From assembly GCA_040954595.2 (NCBI GenBank), contig CM082579.2, forward strand, positions 7,305,625 through 7,369,624: a stretch of DNA of 64,000 bases, read 5' to 3'. Shown here one piece after another: positions 1-15,668 of the stretch. The position numbers were made by a program, and so were the translations under genes. Origin of the DNA: Balanoglossus misakiensis. Taxonomy: Eukaryota; Animalia; Hemichordata. Position 1 is the stretch's first letter. Each line of letters opens with the position of its first letter. The notes under the pieces were generated by a model. That model was not told where the DNA came from, ran no database searches, and was given only the letters and a program-made list of their open reading frames with translations.

Positions 1-3000
1 AATCATGGGTTATAGCTCATGAAACTCTTCTAAAAATGACAATTTTTCGACATTGCGAAATCTCAAAATTTCTTCATTTTTTGATAAAAATCATGGGTTA
101 TAGCTCATGAAAATCTTCAAAAAATGACAATTTTTCGACATTGCGAAATCTCAAAATTTCTTCATTTTTTGATAAAAATCAGGGGTTATAGCTCATGAAA
201 ATCATCAAAAAATGACAATTTTTCGACTTTGCGAAATCTCGAAATTTCGTCGATTTTTGAAAAAAATCATGGGTTATAGCTCATGAAAATCATCAAAAAA
301 TGACAATTTTTCGACTTTTCGAAATCTCGAAATTTCGTCGATTTTAGAAAAAATCATGGGTTATAGCTCATGAAAATCATCAAAAAATGACAATTTTTCG
401 ACTTTGCGAAATCTCTAAATTTCTTCAATTTTTGAAAAAAATCATGGGTTATAGCTCATGAAAATCATCAAAACATGACAATTTTTCGACTTTGCGAAAT
501 CTCTAAATTTCTTCAATTTTTGAAAAAAATCATGGGTTATAGCTCATGAAAATCATCAAAATATGACCATTTTTCGACTTTGCGAAATCTCGAAATTTCG
601 TCGATTTTTGAAAAAAATCATGGGTTATAGCTCATGAAAATCATCAAAAAATGACAATTTTTCGACTTTGCGAAATCTCGAAATTTCGTCGATTTTTGAA
701 AAAATCATGGGTTATAGCTCATGAAAATCATCAAAATATGACAATTTTTCGACTTTGCGAAATCTCGAAATTTCGTCGATTTTTGAAAAAAATCATGTGT
801 TATAGCTCATGAAAATCTTCAAAAAATGACAATTTTTCGACATTGCGAAATCGCAAAATTTCTTCATTTTTTGATAAAAATCATGGGTTATAGCTCATGA
901 AAATCATCAAAAAATGACAATTTTTCGACTTTGCGAAATCTCGAAATTTCTTCAATTTTTGAAAAAATCATGGGTTATAGCTCATGAAAATCATCAAAAT
1001 ATGACAATTTTTCGACTTTGCGAAATCTCGAAATTTCGTCGATTTTTGAAAAAAATCATGGGTTATAGCTCATGAAACTCTTCTAAAAATGACAATTTTT
1101 CGACATTGCGAAATCTCAAAATTTCTTCATTTTTTGATAAAAATCATGGGTTATAGCTCATGAAAATCATCAAAAATGACAATTTTCCGACTTTGCGAAA
1201 TCTCTAAATTTCTTCAATTTTTGAAAAAAAGTCATGGGTTATAGCTCATGAAAATCATCAAAATATGACCATTTTTCGACTTTGCGAAATCTCGAAATTT
1301 CGTCGATTTTTGAAAAAAATCATGGGTTATAGCTCATGAAAATCTTCAAAAAATGACAATTTTTCGACATTGCGAAATCTCAAAATTTCTTCATTTTTTG
1401 ATAAAAATCAGGGGTTATAGCTCATGAAAATCATCAAAAAATGACAATTTTTCGACTTTCGAAATCTCTAAATTTCTTCAATTTTTGAAAAAAATCATGG
1501 GTTATAGCTCATGAAAATCATCAAAATATGACAATTTTTCGACTTTGCGAAATCTCGAAATTTCGTCGATTTTTGAAAAAAATCATGGGTTATAGCTCAT
1601 GAAACTCTTCTAAAAATGACAATTTTTCGACATTGCGAAATCTCAAAATTTCTTCATTTTTTGATAAAAATCATGGGTTATAGCTCATGAAAATCTTCAA
1701 AAAATGACAATTTTTCGACATTGCGAAATCTCAAAATTTCTTCATTTTTTGATAAAAATCAGGGGTTATAGCTCATGAAAATCATCAAAAAATGACAATT
1801 TTTCGACTTTGCGAAATCTCGAAATTTCGTCGATTTTTGAAAAAAATCATGGGTTATAGCTCATGAAAATCATCAAAAAATGACAATTTTTCGACTTTTC
1901 GAAATCTCGAAATTTCGTCGATTTTAGAAAAAATCATGGGTTATAGCTCATGAAAATCATCAAAATATGACAATTTTTCGACCTTGCGAAATCTCGAAAT
2001 TTCTTCATTTTTTGATAAAAATCATGGGTTATAGCTAATGGAAATCATCAAAAAATGACAATTTTTCGACTTTGCGAAATCTCTAAATTTCTTCAATTTT
2101 TGAAAAAAATCATGGGTTATAGCTCATGAAAATCATCAAAACATGACAATTTTTCGACTTTGCGAAATCTCTAAATTTCTTCAATTTTTGAAAAAAATCA
2201 TGGGTTATAGCTCATGAAAATCATCAAAATATGACCATTTTTCGACTTTGCGAAATCTCGAAATTTCGTCGATTTTTGAAAAAAATCATGGGTTATAGCT
2301 CATGAAAATCTTCAAAAAATGACAATTTTTCGACATTGCGAAATCTCAAAATTTCTTCATTTTTTGATAAAAATCAGGGGTTATAGCTCATGAAAATCAT
2401 CAAAAAATGACAATTTTTCGACTTTCGAAATCTCTAAATTTCTTCAATTTTTGAAAAAAATCATGGGTTATAGCTCATGAAAATCATCAAAAAATGACAA
2501 TTTTTCGACTTTGCGAAATCTCGAAATTTCGTCGATTTTTGAAAAAATCATGGGTTATAGCTCATGAAAATCATCAAAATATGACAATTTTTCGATTTTG
2601 CGAAATCTCGAAATTTCGTCGATTTTTGAAAAAAATCATGGGTTATAGCTCATGAAAATCATTAAAAAATGACAATTTTTCGACTTTGCGAAATCTCGAA
2701 ATTTCGTCGATTTTTGAAAAAAATCATGGGTTATAGCTCATGAAAATCATCAAAATATGACAATTTTTCGACTTTGCGAAATCTCGAAATTTCGTCGATT
2801 TTTGAAAAAAATCATGGGTTATAGCTCATGAAAATCATCAAAAAATGACAATTTTTCGACTTTGCGAAATCTCAAAATTTCTTCATTTTTTGATAAAAAT
2901 CATGGGTTATAGCTCATGAAAATCATCAAAAAATGACAATTTTTCGACTTTGCGAAATCTCGAAATTTCTTCAATTTTCGAAAAAATCATGGGTTATAGC

Positions 3001-6000
3001 TCATGAAAATCATCAAAATATGACAATTTTTCGACTTTGCGAAATCTCGAAATTTCGTCGATTTTTGAAAAAAATCATGGGTTATAGCTCATGAAACTCT
3101 TCTAAAAATGACAATTTTTCGACATTGCGAAATCTCAAAATTTCTTCATTTTTTGATAAAAATCATGGGTTATAGCTCATGAAAATCATCAAAAATGACA
3201 ATTTTCCGACTTTGCGAAATCTCTAAATTTCTTCAATTTTTGAAAAAAATCATGGGTTATAGCTCATGAAAATCATCAAAAAATGACAATTTTTCGACTT
3301 TGCGAAATCTCGAAATTTCGTCGATTTTTGAAAAAATCATGGGTTATAGCTCATGAAAATCATCAAAATATGACCATTTTTCGACTTTGCGAAATCTCGA
3401 AATTTCGTCGATTTTTGAAAAAAATCATGGGTTATAGCTCATGAAAATCTTCAAAAAATGACAATTTTTCGACATTGCGAAATCTCAAAATTTCTTCATT
3501 TTTTGATAAAAATCAGGGGTTATAGCTCATGAAAATCATCAAAAAATGACAATTTTTCGACTTTGCGAAATCTCGAAATTTCGTCGATTTTTGAAAAAAA
3601 TCATGGGTTATAGCTCATGAAAATCATCAAAATATGACATTTTTCGACTTTCGAAATCTCTAAATTTCTTCAATTTTTGAAAAAAATCATGGGTTATAGC
3701 TCATGAAAATCATCAAAAAATGACAATTTTTCGACTTTGCGAAATCTCGAAATTTCGTCGATTTTTGAAAAAATCATGGGTTATAGCTCATGAAAATCTT
3801 CAAAAAATGACAATTTTTCGACATTGCGAAATCTCAAAATTTCTTCATTTTTGATAAAAATCATGGGTTATAGCTCATGAAAATCGTCAAAAAATGACAA
3901 TTTTTCGACTTTGCGAAATCTCGAAATTTCGTCGATTTTTGAAAAAAATCATGGGTTATAGCTCATGAAAATCATGAAAAAATGACAATTTTTCGATTTT
4001 GCACGATCTCCAAATTTCGTCAATTTTTGAAAAAAATCATGGGTTATAGCTCATGAAAATCATCAAAATATGACAATTTTTCGACTTTCGAAATCTCTAA
4101 ATTTCTTCAATTTTTGAAAAAAATCATGGGTTATAGCTCATGAAAATCATCAAAAAATGACAATTTTTCGACTTTGCGAAATCTCGAAATTTCGTCGATT
4201 TTTGAAATAATCACAAGTTATAGCATATGAAAATCGTCAAAATATGACAATTTTTCGACTTTGCGAAATCTCGAAATTTCGTCGATTTTTGAAAAAATCA
4301 TGGGTTATAGCTCATGAAAATCATCAAAATATGACAATTTTTCGATTTTGCGAAATCTCGAAATTTCGTCGATTTTTGAAAAAATCACAGGTTATAGCTC
4401 ATGAAAATCATCAAAATATGACAATTTTTCGACTTTCGAAATCTCTAAATTTCTTCAATTTTTGAAAAAAATCATGGGTTATAGCCATGAAAATCATCAA
4501 AAAATGACAATTTTTCGATTTTGCGAAATATCGAAATTTCGTCGATTTTTGAAAAAATCACGGGTTATAGCTCATGAAAATCATCAAAATATGACAATTT
4601 TTCGACTTTGCGAAATCTCGAAATTTCGTCGATTTTTGAAAAAATCATGGGTTATAGCTCATGAAAATCATCAAAATATGACAATTTTTCGACTTTGCGA
4701 AATCTCGAAATTTCGTCGATTTTTGAAAAAAATCATGGGTTATAGCTCATGAAAATCATCAAAAAATGACAATTTTCCGACTTTGCGAAATCTCGAAATT
4801 TCTTCATTTTTGATAAAAATCATGGGTTATAGCTCATGAAAATCGTCAAAAAATGACAATTTTTCGACTTTGCGAAATCTCGAAATTTCGTCGATTTTTG
4901 AAAAAAATCATGGGTTATAGCTCATGAAAATCATCAAAAAATGACAATTTTTCGATTTTGCACGATCTCCAAATTTCGTCAATTTTTGAAAAAAATCATG
5001 GGTTATAGCTCATGAAAATCATCAAAAAAATACAATTTTTCGACTTTGCGAAATCTCGAAATTTCGTCGATTTTTGAAAAAATCATGGGTTATAGCTCAT
5101 GAAAATCATCAAAATATGACAATTTTTCGATTTTGCGAAATCTCGAAATTTCGTCGATTTTTGAAAAAATCATGGGTTATAGCTCATGAAAATCATTAAA
5201 AAATGACAATTTTTCGACTTTGCGAAATCTCGAAATTTCGTCGATTTTTGAAAAAAATCATGGGTTATAGCTCATGAAAATCATCAAAAAATGACAATTT
5301 TTCGATTTTGCGAAATATCGAAATTTCGTCGAATTTTGAAAAAATCACGGGTTATAGCTCATGAAAATCATCAAAATATGACAATTTTTCGACTTTGCGA
5401 AATCTCGAAATTTCGTCGATTTTTGAAAAAATCATGGGTTATAGCTCATGAAAATCATCAAAATATGACAATTTTTCGATTTTGCGAAATCTCGAAATTT
5501 CGTCGATTTTTGAAAAAAATCATGGGTTATAGCTCATGAAAATCATTAAAAAATGACAATTTTTCGACTTTGCGAAATCTCGAAATTTCGTCGATTTTTG
5601 AAAAAAATCATGGGTTATAGCTCATGAAAATCATCAAAAAATGACAATTTTTCGATTTTGCGAAATATCGAAATTTCGTCGATTTTTGAAAAAATCACGG
5701 GTTATAGCTCATGAAAATCATCAAAATATGACAATTTTTCGACTTTGCGAAATCTCGAAATTTCGTCGATTTTTGAAAAAAATCATGGGTTATAGCTCAT
5801 GAAAATCATCAAAAAATGACCATTTTTCGATTTTGCGAAATATCGAAATTTCGTCGATTTTTGAAAAAAATCATGGGTTATAGCTCATGAAAATCATCAA
5901 AATATGACAATTTTTCGACTTTCGAAATCTCTAAATTTCTTCATTTTTTGAAAAAAATCATGGGTTATAGCTCATGAAAATCATCAAAAAATGACAATTT

Positions 6001-9000
6001 TTCGATTTTGCGAAATATCGAAATTTCGTCGATTTTAAAAAAAAATCATGGGTTATAGCTCATGAAAATCATCAAAATATGACAATTTTTCGACTTTCGA
6101 AATCTCTAAATTTCTTCAATTTTTGAAAAAAATCATGGGTTATAGCTCATGAAAATCATCAAAAAATGACAATTTTTCGACTTTGCGAAATCTCGAAATT
6201 TCTTCAATTTCTGAAAAAAATCATGGGTTATAGCTCATGAAAATCATCAAAAAATGACAATTTTTCGACTTTGCGACATCTCGAAATTTCGTCGATTTTT
6301 GAAAAAATCATGGGTTATAGCTCATGAAAATCATCAAAATATGAAAATTTTTCGACTTTGCGAAATCTCGAAATTTCGTCGATTTTTGAAAAAAATCATG
6401 GGTTATAGCTCATGAAAATCTTCAAAATATGACAATTTTTCGACTTTGCGAAATCTCAAAATTTCTTCATTTTTTGATAAAAATCATGGGTTATAGCTCA
6501 TGAAAATCATCAAAAAATGACAATTTTTCGACTTTGCGAAATCTCGAAATTTCGTCGATTTTTGAAAAAATCATGGGTTATAGCTCATGAAAATCATCAA
6601 AATATGACAATTTTTCGACTTTGCGAAATCTCGAAATTTCGTCGATTTTTGAAAAAAAGTCATGGGTTATAGCTCATGAAAATCTTCAAAAAAATGACAA
6701 TTTTCGACATTGCGAAATCTCAAAATTTCTTCATTTTTTGATAAAAATCATGGGTTATAGCTCATGAAAATCATCAAAAAATGACAATTTTTCGACATTG
6801 CGAAATCTCGAAATTTTGTCTATTTTTGAAAAAAATAATGGGTTATAGCTCATGAAAATCTTCAAAAAATGAAAATTTTTCGACATTGCGAAATCTCAAA
6901 ATTTCTTCATTTTTTGAAAAAAATCATGGGTTATAGCTCATGAAAATCATCAAAAAATGACAATTTTTCGACTTTGCGAAATCTCGAAATTTCGTCGATT
7001 TTTGAAAAAATCATGGGTTATAGCTCATGAAAATCATCAAAAAATGACAATTTTTCGACTTTGCGAAATCTCGAAATTTCGTCGATTTTTGAAAAAAATC
7101 ATGGGTTATAGCTCATGAAAATCTTCAAAAAATGACAATTTTTCGACATTGCGAAATCTCGAAATTTCGTCGATTTTTGAAAAAATCATGGGTTATAGCT
7201 CATGGAAATCATCAAAATATGACAATTTTTCGACTTTGCGCAATCTCGAAATTTCGTCGATTTTTGAAAAAAAATCATGGGTTATAGCTCATGAAAATCT
7301 TCAAAAAATGACAATTTTTCGACTTTGCGAAATCTCAAAATTTCTTAATTTTTTGAAAAAAATCATGGGTTATAGCTCATGAAAATCATCAAAAAATGAC
7401 AATTTTTCGACTTTGCGAAATCTCGAAATTTCGTCGATTTTTGAAAAAAAGTCATGGGTTATAGCTCATGAAAATCATCAAAAAATGACAATTTTTCGAC
7501 TTTGCGAAATCTCGAAATTTCGTCGATTTTTGAAAAAATCATGGGTTATAGCTCATGAAAATCATCAAAAAATGACAATTTTTCGACTTTGCGAAATCTC
7601 GAAATTTCGTCGATTTTTGAAAAAAATCATGGGTTATAGCTCATGAAAATCATCAAAAAATGACAATTTTTCGATTTTGCAAAATATCGAAATTTCGTCG
7701 ATTTTTGAAAAAATCACGGGTTATAGCTCATGAAAATCATCAAAATATGACAATTTTTCGACTTTGCGAAATCTCGAAATTTCGTCGATTTTTGAAAAAA
7801 TCATGGGTTATAGCTCATGAAAATCATCAAAATATGACAATTTTTCGATTTTGCGAAATCTCGAAATTTCGTCGATTTTTGAAAAAAATCATGGGTTATA
7901 GCTCATGAAAATCATCAAAAAATGACAATTTTTCGACTTTGCGAAATCTCGAAATTTCGTCGATTTTTGATAAAAATCATGGGTTATAGCTCATGAAAAT
8001 CATCAAAAAATGACAATTTTTCGACATTGCGAAATCTCGAAATTTTGTCTATTTTTGAAAAAAATAATGGGTTATAGCTCATGAAAATCTTCAAAAAATG
8101 AAAATTTTTCGACATTGCGAAATCTCAAAATTTCTTCATTTTTTGAAAAAAATCATGGGTTATAGCTCATGAAAATCATCAAAAAATGACAATTTTTCGA
8201 CTTTGCGAAATCTCGAAATTTCGTCGATTTTTGAAAAAATCATGGGTTATAGCTCATGAAAATCATCAAAAAATGACAATTTTTCGACTTTGCGAAATCT
8301 CGAAATTTCGTCGATTTTTGAAAAAAATCATGGGTTATAGCTCATGAAAATCTTCAAAAAATGACAATTTTTCGACATTGCGAAATCTCGAAATTTCGTC
8401 GATTTTTGAAAAAATCATGGGTTATAGCTCATGGAAATCATCAAAATATGACAATTTTTCGACTTTGCGCAATCTCGAAATTTCGTCGATTTTTGAAAAA
8501 AATCATGGGTTATAGCTCATGAAAATCTTCAAAAAATGACGATTTGTCGACTTTGCGAAATCTCAAAATTTCTTAATTTTTTGAAAAAAATCATGGGTTA
8601 TAGCTCATGAAAATCATCAAAAAATGACAATTTTTCGACTTTGCGAAATCTCGAAATTTCGTCGATTTTTGAAAAAAAGTCATGGGTTATAGCTCATGAA
8701 AATCATCAAAAAATGACAATTTTTCGACTTTGCGAAATCTCGAAATTTCGTCGATTTTTGAAAAAATCATGGGTTATAGCTCATGAAAATCATCAAAAAA
8801 TGACAATTTTTCGACTTTGCGAAATCTCGAAATTTCGTCGATTTTTGAAAAAAATCATGGGTTATAGCTCATGAAAATCATCAAAAAATGACAATTTTTC
8901 GATTTTGCAAAATATCGAAATTTCGTCGATTTTTGAAAAAATCACGGGTTATAGCTCATGAAAATCATCAAAATATGACAATTTTTCGACTTTGCGAAAT

Positions 9001-12000
9001 CTCGAAATTTCGTCGATTTTTGAAAAAATCATGGGTTATAGCTCATGAAAATCATCAAAATATGACAATTTTTCGATTTTGCGAAATCTCGAAATTTCGT
9101 CGATTTTTGAAAAAAATCATGGGTTATAGCTCATGAAAATCATTAAAAAATGACAATTTTTCGACTTTGCGAAATCTCGAAATTTCGTCGATTTTTGAAA
9201 AAAATCATGGGTTATAGCTCATGAAAATCATCAAAAAATGACAATTTTTCGATTTTGCGAAATATCGAAATTTCGTCGATTTTTGAAAAAATCACGGGTT
9301 ATAGCTCATGAAAATCATCAAAATATGACAATTTTTCGACTTTGCGAAATCTCGAAATTTCGTCGATTTTTGAAAAAAATCATGGGTTATAGCTCATGAA
9401 AATCATCAAAAAATGACAATTTTTCGATTTTGCGAAATATCGAAATTTCGTCGATTTTTGAAAAAAATCATGGGTTATAGCTCATGAAAATCATCAAAAT
9501 ATGACAATTTTTCGACTTTCGAAATCTCTAAATTTCTTCAATTTTTGAAAAAAATCATGGGTTATAGCTCATGAAAATCATCAAAAAATGACAATTTTTC
9601 GATTTTGCGAAATATCGAAATTTCGTCGATTTTAAAAAAAAATCATGGGTTATAGCTCATGAAAATCATCAAAATATGACAATTTTTCGACTTTCGAAAT
9701 CTCTAAATTTCTTCAATTTTTGAAAAAAATCATGGGTTATAGCTCATGAAAATCATCAAAAAATGACAATTTTTCGACTTTGCGAAATCTCGAAATTTCT
9801 TCAATTTTTGAAAAAAATCATGGGTTATAGCTCATGAAAATCATCAAAAAATGACAATTTTTCGACTTTGCGACATCTCGAAATTTCGTCGATTTTTGAA
9901 AAAATCATGGGTTATAGCTCATGAAAATCATCAAAATATGAAAATTTTTCGACTTTGCGAAATCTCGAAATTTCGTCGATTTTTGAAAAAAATCATGGGT
10001 TATAGCTCATGAAAATCATCAAAATATGACAATTTTTCGACATTGCGAAATCTCGAAATTTTGTCTATTTTTGAAAAAAATAATGGGTTATAGCTCATGA
10101 AAATCTTCAAAAAATGAAAATTTTTCGACATTGCGAAATCTCAAAATTTCTTCATTTTTTGAAAAAAATCATGGGTTATAGCTCATGAAAATCATCAAAA
10201 TCATGACAATTTTTCGACTTTGCGCAATCTCGAAATTTCGTCGATTTTTGAAAAAATCATGGGTTATAGCTCATGAAAATCATCAAAAAATGACAATTTT
10301 TCGACTTTGCGAAATCTCGAAATTTCGTCGATTTTTGAAAAAAATCATGGGTTATAGCTCATGAAAATCTTCAAAAAATGACAATTTTTCGACATTGCGA
10401 AATCTCGAAATTTCGTCGATTTTTGAAAAAATCATGGGTTATAGCTCATGGAAATCATCAAAATATGACAATTTTTCGACTTTGCGCAATCTCGAAATTT
10501 CGTCGATTTTTGAAAAAAAATCATGGGTTATAGCTCATGAAAATCTTCAAAAAATGACAATTTTTCGACTTTGCGAAATCTCAAAATTTCTTAATTTTTT
10601 GAAAAAAATCATGGGTTATAGCTCATGAAAATCATCAAAAAATGACAATTTTCGACTTTGCGAAATCTCGAAATTTCGTCGATTTTTGAAAAAAAGTCAT
10701 GGGTTATAGCTCATGAAAATCATCAAAAAATGACAATTTTTCGACTTTGCGAAATCTCGAAATTTCGTCGATTTTTGAAAAATCATGGGTTATAGCTCAT
10801 GAAAATCATCAAAAAATGACAATTTTTCGACTTTGCGAAATCTCGAAATTTCGTCGATTTTTGAAAAAAATCATGGGTTATAGCTCATGAAAATCATCAA
10901 AAAATGACAATTTTTCGATTTTGCAAAATATCGAAATTTCGTCGATTTTTGAAAAAATCACGGGTTATAGCTCATGAAAATCATCAAAATATGACAATTT
11001 TTCGACTTTGCGAAATCTCGAAATTTCGTCGATTTTTGAAAAAATCATGGGTTATAGCTCATGAAAATCATCAAAATATGACAATTTTTCGATTTTGCGA
11101 AATCTCGAAATTTCGTCGATTTTTGAAAAAAATCATGGGTTATAGCTCATGAAAATCATCAAAAAATGACAATTTTTCGACTTTGCGAAATCTCGAAATT
11201 TCGTCGATTTTTGAAAAAAATCATGGGTTATAGCTCATGAAAATCATCAAAATATGACAATTTTTCGACTTTGCGAAATCTCGAAATTTCGTCGATTTTT
11301 GAAAAAATCATGGGTTATAGCTCATGAAAATCATCAAAATATGACAATTTTTCGACTTTGCGAAATCTCGAAATTTCGTCGATTTTTGAAAAAAAGTCAT
11401 GGGTTATAGCTCATGAAAATCTTCAAAAAAATGACAATTTTCGACATTGCGAAATCTCAAAATTTCTTCATTTTTTGATAAAAATCATGGGTTATAGCTC
11501 ATGAAAATCATCAAAAAATGACAATTTTTCGACATTGCGAAATCTCGAAATTTTGTCTATTTTTGAAAAAAATAATGGGTTATAGCTCATGAAAATCTTC
11601 AAAAAATGAAAATTTTTCGACATTGCGAAATCTCAAAATTTCTTCATTTTTGAAAAAAATCATGGGTTATAGCTCATGAAAATCATCAAAAAATGACAAT
11701 TTTTCGACTTTGCGAAATCTCGAAATTTCGTCGATTTTTGAAAAAATCATGGGTTATAGCTCATGAAAATCATCAAAAAATGACAATTTTTCGACTTTGC
11801 GAAATCTCGAAATTTCGTCGATTTTTGAAAAAAATCATGGGTTATAGCTCATGAAAATCTTCAAAAAATGACAATTTTTCGACATTGCGAAATCTCGAAA
11901 TTTCGTCGATTTTTGAAAAAATCATGGGTTATAGCTCATGGAAATCATCAAAATATGACAATTTTTCGACTTTGCGCAATCTCGAAATTTCGTCGATTTT

Positions 12001-14775
12001 TGAAAAAAATCATGGGTTATAGCTCATGAAAATCTTCAAAAAATGACAATTTGTCGACTTTGCGAAATCTCAAAATTTCTTAATTTTTTGAAAAAAATCA
12101 TGGGTTATAGCTCATGAAAATCATCAAAAAATGACAATTTTTCGACTTTGCGAAATCTCGAAATTTCGTCGATTTTTGAAAAAAAGTCATGGGTTATAGC
12201 TCATGAAAATCATCAAAAAATGACAATTTTTCGACTTTGCGAAATCTCGAAATTTCGTCGATTTTTGAAAAAATCATGGGTTATAGCTCATGAAAATCAT
12301 CAAAAAATGACAATTTTTCGACTTTGCGAAATCTCGAAATTTCGTCGATTTTTGAAAAAAATCATGGGTTATAGCTCATGAAAATCATCAAAAAATGACA
12401 ATTTTTCGATTTTGCAAAATATCGAAATTTCGTCGATTTTTGAAAAAATCACGGGTTATAGCTCATGAAAATCATCAAAATATGACAATTTTTCGACTTT
12501 GCTGCGAAATCTCGAAATTTCGTCGATTTTTGAAAAAATCATGGGTTATAGCTCATGAAAATCATCAAAATATGACAATTTTTCGATTTTGCGAAATCTC
12601 GAAATTTCGTCGATTTTTGAAAAAAATCATGGGTTATAGCTCATGAAAATCATTAAAAAATGACAATTTTTCGACTTTGCGAAATCTCGAAATTTCGTCG
12701 ATTTTTGAAAAAAATCATGGGTTATAGCTCATGAAAATCATCAAAAAATGACAATTTTTCGATTTTGCGAAATATCGAAATTTCGTCGATTTTTGAAAAA
12801 ATCACGGGTTATAGCTCATGAAAATCATCAAAATATGACAATTTTTCGACTTTGCGAAATCTCGAAATTTCGTCGATTTTTGAAAAAAATCATGGGTTAT
12901 AGCTCATGAAAATCATCAAAAAATGACAATTTTTCGATTTTGCGAAATATCGAAATTTCGTCGATTTTTGAAAAAAATCATGGGTTATAGCTCATGAAAA
13001 TCATCAAAATATGACAATTTTTCGACTTTCGAAATCTCTAAATTTCTTCAATTTTTGAAAAAAATCATGGGTTATAGCTCATGAAAATCATCAAAAAATG
13101 ACAATTTTTCGATTTTGCGAAAAATCGAAATTTCGTCGATTTTAAAAAAAAATCATGGGTTATAGCTCATGAAAATCATCAAAATATGACAATTTTTCGA
13201 CTTTCGAAATCTCTAAATTTCTTCAATTTTTGAAAAAAATCATGGGTTATAGCTCATGAAAATCATCAAAAAATGACAATTTTTCGACTTTGCGAAATCT
13301 CGAAATTTCTTCAATTTTTGAAAAAAATCATGGGTTATAGCTCATGAAAATCATCAAAAAATGACAATTTTTCGACTTTGCGACATCTCGAAATTTCGTC
13401 GATTTTTGAAAAAATCATGGGTTATAGCTCATGAAAATCATCAAAATATGAAAATTTTTCGACTTTGCGAAATCTCGAAATTTCGTCGATTTTTGAAAAA
13501 AATCATGGGTTATAGCTCATGAAAATCATCAAAATATGACAATTTTTCGACATTGCGAAATCTCGAAATTTTGTCTATTTTTGAAAAAAATAATGGGTTA
13601 TAGCTCATGAAAATCTTCAAAAAATGAAAATTTTTCGACATTGCGAAATCTCAAAATTTCTTCATTTTTTGAAAAAAATCATGGGTTATAGCTCATGAAA
13701 ATCATCAAAATCATGACAATTTTTCGACTTTGCGCAATCTCGAAATTTCGTCGATTTTTGAAAAAAATCATGGGTTATAGCTCATGAAAATCTTCAAAAA
13801 ATGACAATTTTTCGACTTTGCGAAATCTCAAAATTTCTTCATTTTTTGATAAAAATCATGGGTTATAGTTCATGAAAATCATCAAAAAATGACAATTTTT
13901 CGACTTTGCGAAATCTCGAAATTTCGTCGATTTTTGAAAAAAATCATGGGTTATAGCTCATGAAAATCTTCAAAATATGACAATTTTTCGACTTTGCGAA
14001 ATCTCAAAATTTCGTCGATTTTTGAAAAAAAGTCATGGGTTATAGCTCATGAAAATCTTCAAAAAATGACAATTTTTCGACATTGCGAAATCTCAAAATT
14101 TCTTCATTTTTTGATAAAAATCATGGGTTATAGCTCATGAAAATCATCAAAAAATGACAATTTTTCGACTTTGCGAAATCTCGAAATTTCGTCGATTTTT
14201 GAAAAAAATCATGGGTTATAGCTCATGAAAATCATCAAAAAATGACAATTTTTCGACCTTGCGAAATCTCGAAATTTCTTCATTTTTTCTTAAAAATCAT
14301 GGGTTATAGCTCATGAAAATCATCAAAAAATGACTATTTTTCGACTTTGCGAAATCTCTAAATTTCTTCAATTTTTGCAAAAAATCATGAGTTATAGCTC
14401 ATGAAAATCATCAAAAAGTGACAATTTTTCGACTTTGCGAAATCTCGAAATTTCGTCGATTTTTGAAAAAAATCATGGGTTATAGCTCATGAAAATCTCC
14501 AAAAAATGACAATTTTTTGACAGTCCGAAATCTCAAAATTTCTTCATTTTTTGAGCAAAATCATGGGTTATAGCTCATGAAAATCATCAAAAAATGACAA
14601 TTTTTCGATTTTGCGAAATCTCTAAATTTCTTCAGTTTTTGCAAAAAATCATGGGTTATAGCTTATTTGTTCATTTTGTTAAAAAAAATCATGGGTTATA
14701 GCTCATGAAAATCATCAAAAAATGACAAATTTGCGACTTTGCGAATTTTCAAAATGTCTTCATTTTAAAAAAAAT
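1..14775. repeat. AT-rich satellite DNA array, ~88-bp monomer (87-89 bp), roughly 165-170 copies, open at the left window edge
   Basis: Consensus AATCATGGGTTATAGCTCATGAAAATCATCAAAAAATGACAATTTTTCGACTTTGCGAAATCTCGAAATTTCGTCGATTTTTGAAAAA repeats head-to-tail (equivalent bases at 3, 91, 179, 267 = 88-bp period). Monomers degenerate after ~14.25 kb. Confidence 0.98.
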
Positions 14776-14818
14776 CATACATACATACATACATACATAC
14801 ATACATACATACATACAT

Positions 14819-14856
<38 letters not shown>

Positions 14857-15637
14857 CCACACACACACACACACACACCCACACACACACACACACACAC
14901 ACCCACACACACCCACCCACACACACACACACACACACCCACACACCCACACACCCACACACACACCCACACACCCACACACACACACACACCCCCACAC
15001 ACACACACACCCACACACCCACACACACCCACACACACCCACACACACACACACACCCACACACCCACACACCCACACCCACACACCCACACACACCCAC
15101 ACCCACACACACACCCACACACACACACCCACACACCCACACACCCACACACACACCCACACACCCACACACACCCACACACACACACACACACCCACAC
15201 ACACACATACACCCACACACCCACACACACACCCACACACCCACACCCACCCACACACACACCCACACACACACACCCACACCCACACACACACCCACAC
15301 ACACACACCCACACACACACACCCACACACCCACAACCACACCCACACACCCACACACACACACACACCCACACACACACACACCCACACACCCACACAC
15401 ACCCACACACACACACACACACCCACACACACACACCCACACACACCCACACACCCACACCCACACACCCACACACACCCACACACACACACACCCACAC
15501 ACACCCACACACACACACACATACACCCACACACCCACACACACACCACACACCCACACCCACACAAACCACACCCACACCCACACACACCCACACCCAC
15601 ACACACACACCCACACACCCACACACCCACACCCACA

Positions 15638-15668
<31 letters not shown>

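Noticed and set aside
4244-12646. Repeated MTIFRLCEISKFRRFLKK ORFs
   Set aside because: Chance read-through of 87-bp satellite monomers; frames break at A-tract length changes.
1-14775. CRISPR-like array or proven centromere
   Set aside because: No unique spacers or cas genes and the context is eukaryotic; no CENP-B box seen, and centromere function cannot be read from sequence.
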